DNA from: Lama glama
Taxonomy: Eukaryota
Reading direction: 5' to 3'
DNA: 64,000 nt
NCBI GenBank assembly: GCA_028534125.1
Contig: CM052841.1
Location: 68,262,001 to 68,326,000 of the forward strand
The notes beneath the pieces were generated by a model, which saw only the letters and a list, made by a program, of their open reading frames with translations, did not search any database and was not told the origin of the DNA. Positions 57,001 to 64,000 of the stretch are shown here, piece by piece. Every line of letters starts with the position of its first letter. Position 1 is the stretch's first letter. The position numbers and the translations under genes were made by a program.

Positions 57001-58199
57001 CTCCCTAACCCCGTCCCTGCCTGGCTGACCCTGGGTCCTGGTCAAGACCCCCACCCCAGTTCTGGAGGGGAAATCCTGCTTTGAGGTCTCACAGTGCCAG
57101 AGGAAGGAAGGGAAGGAGAGAGTCCAGGGGTGGACCCAGGAAAGCTGGTTCCCAGGACCCCACCCTGGGACTGCCTTGTGTCCCGCCAGAGAGTCAAGGT
57201 CTCTGCTTGTCTTTCCACTTGGCCACCAGTGGGAATGCTTCCGGGGCTTTCTGGCTCACAGGTGCAGCGGGGTGTTTCCAGTGCTGGCAGGCTCCAAGAG
57301 GGCAATGGTATGAGCATGAGCAGGGGTGGCATCGAGGGAGTAACAGTGGTTGGGAGCAAGCTCCCAGGGCAGGGCAGCTGGACAGATGGGTGGTGTGAGA
57401 GGTCTGCAGAAGGTCAGACAGTCGGTCAGGCCACCGTCGGCCAGCTCACAGAGGTCACGTACCTACACAGGGTGGGGTGCCCCTTCTGGCATCTCGTCAG
57501 GGCAGCAAGCACTGGGTTGTCACACAATTGTGTGCTAACCTGACCCCACCCAGCAGAGAGGCCCCATTCCTTTCTGCTTCCTCCTCAGGCCAGCCTCCCC
57601 AGCTCCCTTGGGATATACCCTCTGCCTGTGAGGAGCCCTCAAGTGAGAGGGAGAACATGCTGGCAACTACAGGGCAGGGGGCCAGGGCTGCAGGGGCCTC
57701 TAGAGTGCCTTTTCCTGACCTGCCAGGGCCACCATGTGGCATGCTGGCACTCCTCTGCCTGGCACTGGGCCCTGCACCTGACCCTGAACAGCCCCAGCCT
57801 CTTCTGGCCACAGCTCCTCTCCTCTGTACAGTCCAAACTGCACCTGGCTAGAGACCTAGCTCCCAGTCCTGCAGATCGACAGAGCCCAGAGAGAGATCAG
57901 TGTTCCTGATGAAGGGGCCCACTTGGGCTGGAGAGGTAGCCCTCGCCCATAGCGTTTGAATTTGCGGCTCTTTGCAACCTCAGGCCTGTGCCTAAGTTTA
58001 CTCTGCCATTCAGGGAGAGCAGGGGCCTGTGGGAGGGGCGGCGAGGGCCTTATGGGGCCCTGGCAGGAAGATAGGGCAACCGAGGCAGCCCCGGACAGGG
58101 GAGGGCCGGGGGTCCAGCCTCCGCCAAGGGCTTTGCTCATCTCATGCGCACTCTGGGAACGTATTCAAAGTGGCACCGGCCACCAGGCCCTACTCCCTA

Positions 58200-58720
58200 A
58201 CAGCGGCCCTGCCCCTAGGGATGAGGTCCAGCCCCGTGCAAGCCTCCCGATCCGGGCGTTTCAGAGCTGGGCGGCCCAAGCCCATCCCGGACGGTCTGAG
58301 GCCAGCTGACCCCGAACCGGATCTTTGGGGAAACCGTCGAGCGCGGAGACTTCTGGGGAATAAAGTTCCCACCAGCCTCCCTCATCCCCAGCCCGATCTG
58401 TTTTGCGCATGCGCCAGCCTCCGCCTCTCAACGAGGAGCAGAGTCTGTAGGGGTGGTGGGCGGGGTTTCCGGCGCCTGCGCAGTGGGCCTCTGTCGCCCG
58501 CCGCCTAAGTCCGGGTCTCTCGGCCCGTTTCGCCCCGTATCCGGTGCCCCATCGGTAGAACTTGTGTCCAGACCGGTCTGACCGGCCCCACACAGGCCAC
58601 TCTGATCACCTGGCCTCTGGGCCCCGTCTGGTTTGATCCCGCCCTTCCTGGGGGTTCCCCCGCGAGCTCCACGGGTTAGGGATGTGGGTCCAGGCCGCAC
58701 GCCACTGCCCCCGTCGCCCC
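58200..58720. promoter_or_regulatory. CpG-rich promoter-like element with NRF1, ETS and GC-box motifs
   Basis: TGCGCATGCGC 58404-58414, GGGCGGGG 58458-58465, TTTCCGG 58466-58472, GCGCCTGCGCA 58472-58482. Confidence 0.6.
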
Positions 58721-59731
58721 AGAGGGAGCTTACCAGTGCCAGGCCCAAACTCACGTGATCGCATCCACTGTCACCCCCGTCTACAGCGACCCTGTATGGC
58801 GCAAGCTATGTGCCACCTTACAGATGAAGGTGGGAGGGGGTGCAAGGGCCAAGGACGGGGATGCTGAGGAGGGACTTGGGGCCCACGAGCCGACCGCGAA
58901 GGGAAACCGTAGTTTCTTGTATGAGCTAGAAGCGTCACTTGTGTATGAAGCCCATGTCGCCAATCTTAAGTACGTTTTATTGGCAAAAGTAAGTAAATCA
59001 AACATTTTTTTATCAGTTAAAAAACAGCAAAGCTCCGCGCAGTCTGTTCACAAACACCTTGATCTCTGCCTGCGAGGTCGAAGCTGTGAGTGACAGTGGG
59101 CACCTCTTCCTTCTGCTTCAAAGCAGGGGCTTTGAGGTGTGTGAGTGATGCCCGGGGACCCCAGACGACCTGCAGGCCTGGACTCTGTGGACCTGACCCC
59201 AGTGACCTGCAATCCAGCAGGGCCAGGACATGCCCCAGATGTGTTGAGTCTGAGTCACCCCGAATGGCAATGTCCCTCAGAGCCCAAGCCTTGGGCACCA
59301 CCCATCTGAAAAAGGAAGGGTGGGTGGGCACTGTGCTGGAAGAGCTGGGCCTCCTGGGATCTTGGGAACCCTGTCTGGGAGCCCCGCCCATGGCCCCGCC
59401 CCTCCCCAGTAGGGAAAAGGCAGCAGCCAGTCCCTCAGCTCACAGACACTGGGACCTGGCCCAGAGGACAAGAGGACTCCTTGCTACCATCACCACTTCA
59501 GGTGAGTCCTGAGCTGAGGGGCTCCCCCACCCACCCAGGACCAGCTTAGCTGCATCTTCCAGCCTCCCCCACCCCAACCCAGCTCCATCGCAAGGCACTG
59601 CCTCTCAGGGAAGGCAGAGGACCCCTGGGGCACAGCTGGGAGACACTTGCCTCCTTGCACATGCACTGACACACAGACCTTGAACACTCTTGGCATTTCC
59701 ACAGCCTCTGCCACCCCTGCCAGGCTGGGCC

Positions 59732-60121
59732 ATGGACCCCCACAACATGATGGTCAAGAACCCATATGCCCACATCAGCATCCCGCGGGCTCACCTGAGG
59801 CCTGACCTGGGGCAGCAGCTGGAGGCGGCTCCATTCTCCTCAGAGTCGCAGCCTGTGCCTCTGGGGCCCTGCACCCTGGAACCCGCCAAGGAGGCCCCAG
59901 GGTCCAAGGGGGCCAATTCCATCCAGGGCCAGCAGGCCTGGCAGCCACCCGGCAACCCCTGCAGCAGTGGGCAGCGCCCGGCAGGACTGACATATGCGGG
60001 CCTGCCGCCAGTTGGGCACGGCGACGACATCGCTCACCACTGCTGCTGCTGTCCCTGCTGCTCCTGCTGCCACTGCCCCCGCTTCTGCCGCTGCCACAGC
60101 TGCTGCTGCGTCATCTCCTAG
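59732..60121 (+). CDS. CYSRT1: Cysteine-rich tail protein 1 (129 aa)
   Basis: [31 protein letters not shown]...[28 protein letters not shown]. Acceptor ends at 59723, upstream donor CAG|GTGAGT at 59501/59502, AATAAA at 60399-60404. Confidence 0.95.
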   Translation: MDPHNMMVKNPYAHISIPRAHLRPDLGQQLEAAPFSSESQPVPLGPCTLEPAKEAPGSKGANSIQGQQAWQPPGNPCSSGQRPAGLTYAGLPPVGHGDDIAHHCCCCPCCSCCHCPRFCRCHSCCCVIS

Positions 60122-62533
60122 CCTGGCCCCCGCCAGGCCGTCGGGCCTGCTGCTGGACCGCTGGCACAGCAGCCGGGCCGGCCTCTGCTCAGGCGACCAC
60201 AGCGGTGCCCAGACTGTTGGGACAGCCACTGGACTGTTGTCATGGGCATTGGCCAGCCCCCACCCTGGCCAGGGGCACCTACTTGCCAAGAAGGCTAATA
60301 TCTCAGCTCATGCCCCCCAAAACAGAGCCCTGAGTGCCGGCTGCAGTGGCAGCCCTGGGGACACTCTTGACCACCCCTTCAAGGCCCAGGGCCCAGGCAA
60401 TAAAGCAGAGTGAGCTTTGTTTCGGCGACTCTTCTCCCTTGCTGCTGCCCCTTTTGGGAGGGGTCCCAGGCTAGACACCACAGGCTGCCAGCCTCTACGG
60501 GACATTTGGGGGTGGGGAAGCCATTGTCTCCTGACCACCTAACCTGCACTGCAGGTCTCAGGTCTGCCCTGAGAAAAGCTGGACAGGCCTGGGTTTGAGC
60601 TGCACTGCGTTCCCCGGGCCAAGGCTGAGCCTGGGAGACAGGTCAGTCAGTGGGTCAGACAGCAGGAGGATGCTGTGTGTGGTCCTGGGTGGGTAGAGCC
60701 CAGGAGAAGCCTCCAGGAAGAGGACCAGGGTGGCGGCCAAGTGGTGGGAGGGACCAGCACTGGCAGGTTTCTGGGAGGGGAGCCCAGGCGGCCAGCACCA
60801 AGCCCTGCCCACCTGTGAGTCACTGCCCTACCTCGGCTGGGCATTTTTCTGGTTTCCCTCAAAACATCCAATTTCTGAGCAACCGCTGTGTGTGACTCCC
60901 TGCTGTCCTGCCTTTGGGGCCCGGGCTTCCTGGCGGGGTGGGTGAGTGGGCAAAGATGTGGGACCAGACCCGCCTCCCACCTGTCCAAGCAGCGTAGCAC
61001 AACTGTGTCAGGGGACATGGGAGGAGCTGAGCAGCTCGGCACCGGGGTGAGGCGAGGATGCTGGTGTGGAGTGTGAGCTGGGGGGGGGGTGGCTCTGAGC
61101 ACCCTTACATTTTTGGGGCTGGGCGGAGAAAGCTGGAGGAGGAAGCTGAGCTGGCCTTGCAGGAAGGACTGGTCCTGGTGCCGGCCCTCCTCATCCCTGG
61201 TGACTGGCCACATGGCAGGACCGGTCTCAGGTATGGGCAGACACATCAGTGGCCTGACTGCAAAGGGACTCAGGTATGCCAGGATCCAGCCCCTGCCCTA
61301 TGGCTGGCCCCTACAAGAAGATTGCCCTACCCAGGCCAGCCACAAAAACCCATCTGACCAGTCCAGGAGGCTGGGGGCAGACTGCTGGGGTGCTAGAAAT
61401 AAAAAGAGGGCCCCTCTGACCCCTGGCCTTCCCTAGCCGGGCAGAGAGGGTCCTGGAGGTCCTGACCCCGTCCCAACCCCTCCCCACACACCCCATTATC
61501 CTGTGCACACAGTCCTTGTAAGTGGACTGGCCCAGGGGCTTTGGCCAGGTGGATGCTAGGGGCAGGCAGCCTCTGATAGGGGCGTCCAGGGCTTCCTACG
61601 GTGCCCTCCCCCTCAGGGAGTTTCTGGGTGGTCTGTGTGTGTGTGAGCGGGGATCTCCACACCAGTGCCTGAAGGCCTCCTTGGAGCCTTGTGGGGCTGG
61701 CCACTGCCCCATAATGGGAACACAACAGGCCCAGCCCAGGCAGGGACAAAGGCACTGGGACAAGTCCACAGGGACATGCACAAAGGCATTGAGCCACGGA
61801 GCAGCAGGACCCCTCAGGGCGCTGAACTGGTGGGAGTCCTGGCAGGCTTCCTGGAGAAAGTGATGCCTGAATTTAAGAGCTTGAACTGAAAGCCAAAAAG
61901 CTCTCCCATTGTTGGGGATAGGGGTTAATGGGACACGAGTGAGCATGAGTGCGCGGGTTTTGGACGCAGGTCTGGGTGGACAAGGCGAGAAAATGGGCAG
62001 TGTTGAGGAGTGACACTGAGGCCTGGGTGAGGGGTTAGTGGAGCGGGGTCTGAGCGTGGACGGGCGGGGCGGTTGGAATGGGGGGCACCTTATCTCCTGC
62101 TGAGTTGGTGGTGCCGATGGATCTAGTTGCAAGCTCTTTGTGGCTGAAAGGGGAGCCCATGTCTGCCCGCAGCCACCACCTGCCTCCCTGCTGACTGGTC
62201 TGTGCTCAACCAGTAACGCGAGCCCCAAGGAGGGAGCCGCAGGGCACCCTGGGTCCCCCCCACCCCGGCCACCCCGGCCACCCTCTGGCTGGGCATAGGG
62301 CACCCAGCAGAGCGGATGCAGGTAAGAGAGGCCTGGGGCTCAGGCAGGCTGGGGTGGGTGGGTGGGGGCCAGAGATGGTGCGAACAGCAGGCCAGGATGC
62401 TGCCCAGCCAGCAGCCACAGGAACCCAGGCTGCACCCAGACCCTGGTGTCTGCTAGCCCCAGTGGCCACCACTCAGCCTCCAGGTCTGTGGAGGCCTGGG
62501 TTCGTGTCCTCTGGGGTGAGCTCCCGGTGCTGA

Positions 62534-63076
<543 letters not shown>

Positions 63077-63524
63077 GCTCCCGGCAGGGGAGCTGCTGCC
63101 TGCGCCAGGCCTGCCTCAGAACCTCTGACCACGGCACAGGCAGCCGGGAGCAGCCTGGGGGCAGTGTCCTGGGTGCCACCCCTCGGGGGTCACAGCCTAA
63201 GGCCTGGAGCTGTGCCCAGAGTACCAGGAGACTCTGCAGAGGCTGGAATCCCAGCCAGGATTCCCAGGCCCCTGTGTGCAACAGGGGGTGGGGCACTGCT
63301 GTCAGAGTCTCGCTTGGACCAAATGCAGGGCATGGCTCCTGAAAGGGTCTGATGGCCAGTCCCTGGGGTCTGGGCTGCAGGTCGGAGGGCCAGAGCCCAG
63401 AAAAGGCTAGTCTTGGTCGTGCTGGAGCAGTTTCCCTCCTCAACAAAGTGTCCCAGAGGTGTGAGCTGGCAGCGGAGGGAGGGCCACTTCCTTCACCTCT
63501 GGCCTGTGAGGCAGCCCTGTGAAG

Positions 63525-63655
63525 TTCATTCACTCAGCTGAGCTCACTGAGCTCCCACCGTGTGCTGGATGCTGGTTCAGGAGGGTCGTCTGCAGGCACA
63601 GTCACCTCTGTAAAAGGTGTCCAAGGAGCTCCAGGCCCAGTGAGGTGGGGACAGG
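63525..63655 (-). mobile_element. L2 3'-terminal fragment
   Basis: TTCATTCACTCA...CACTGAGCTCCCACCGTGTGCTGGATGCTG...AAGGAGCTC resembles the antisense L2 tail. Confidence 0.45.
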
Positions 63656-64000
63656 CCCGAGGTGGCACTGCTCAGAGCTGCCACCCACCCCCACACGGGG
63701 CTCTCGGCTTCCTTCTACCTCCCAGTGGCCACCATGCAGACTGTTCAAGGGGAGCAAAGCAGGTGCCGGAGATTACGGATGCAGACACCCCCCAACCTGG
63801 CTGCAACAGCCCCACCCCCACACAGGAAGGAGCTGTCACTCAGGAGCCCTGGGAGGGCTGCTGGGCCGGGCCAGGGCAGTGGGTGGCAGGATGGGAGAGA
63901 CGGACAAGAGAATGTGCTGAGAGGACACTCAGAAACCTCCTTCCAGGGGTCAAAGTCCTCTGGGCACAGCGGTCGGTGGGCAGCCAGCAAGGTGTTTGGA

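Noticed and set aside
63077-64000. Start of the next syntenic gene (SLC34A3 expected)
   Set aside because: No recognisable coding exon inside the window.

Overview
GC-rich mammalian (non-primate, non-rodent) genomic DNA syntenic with human 9q34.3. Gene order: GRIN1 (+, 3' two-thirds), LRRC26 (-), TMEM210 (-), ANAPC2 (-), SSNA1 (+), TPRN (-), TMEM203 (-), NDOR1 (+), an unnamed RING-HC/transmembrane gene (+), RNF208 (-), CYSRT1 (+), RNF224 (+). All visible exons were traced by eye to GT-AG junctions with consistent phase. Five ~180-220 nt N-runs hide parts of GRIN1 (including all alternative C-terminal cassettes) and of the RNF208 CpG island. Repeats are sparse: MIR, L2, an LTR-int-LTR MaLR provirus, MER20 nested in MER58, and a tiny L1 tail resembling camelid L1. 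No prokaryote-type systems, tRNA or rRNA were seen. The best candidate for something under-described is the unnamed ~300-codon RING-HC/TM frame with no AUG upstream of its RING domain (candidate CUG initiation), inside an ~11 kb cluster of three related, apparently membrane-anchored RING ligases. Other leads: an out-of-frame uORF over the RNF224 start, a mirtron-like in-frame intron in LRRC26, and a GRIN1/LRRC26 tail-to-tail junction lacking canonical poly(A) signals. Gene identities and comparisons with human come from recall, not from database searches.
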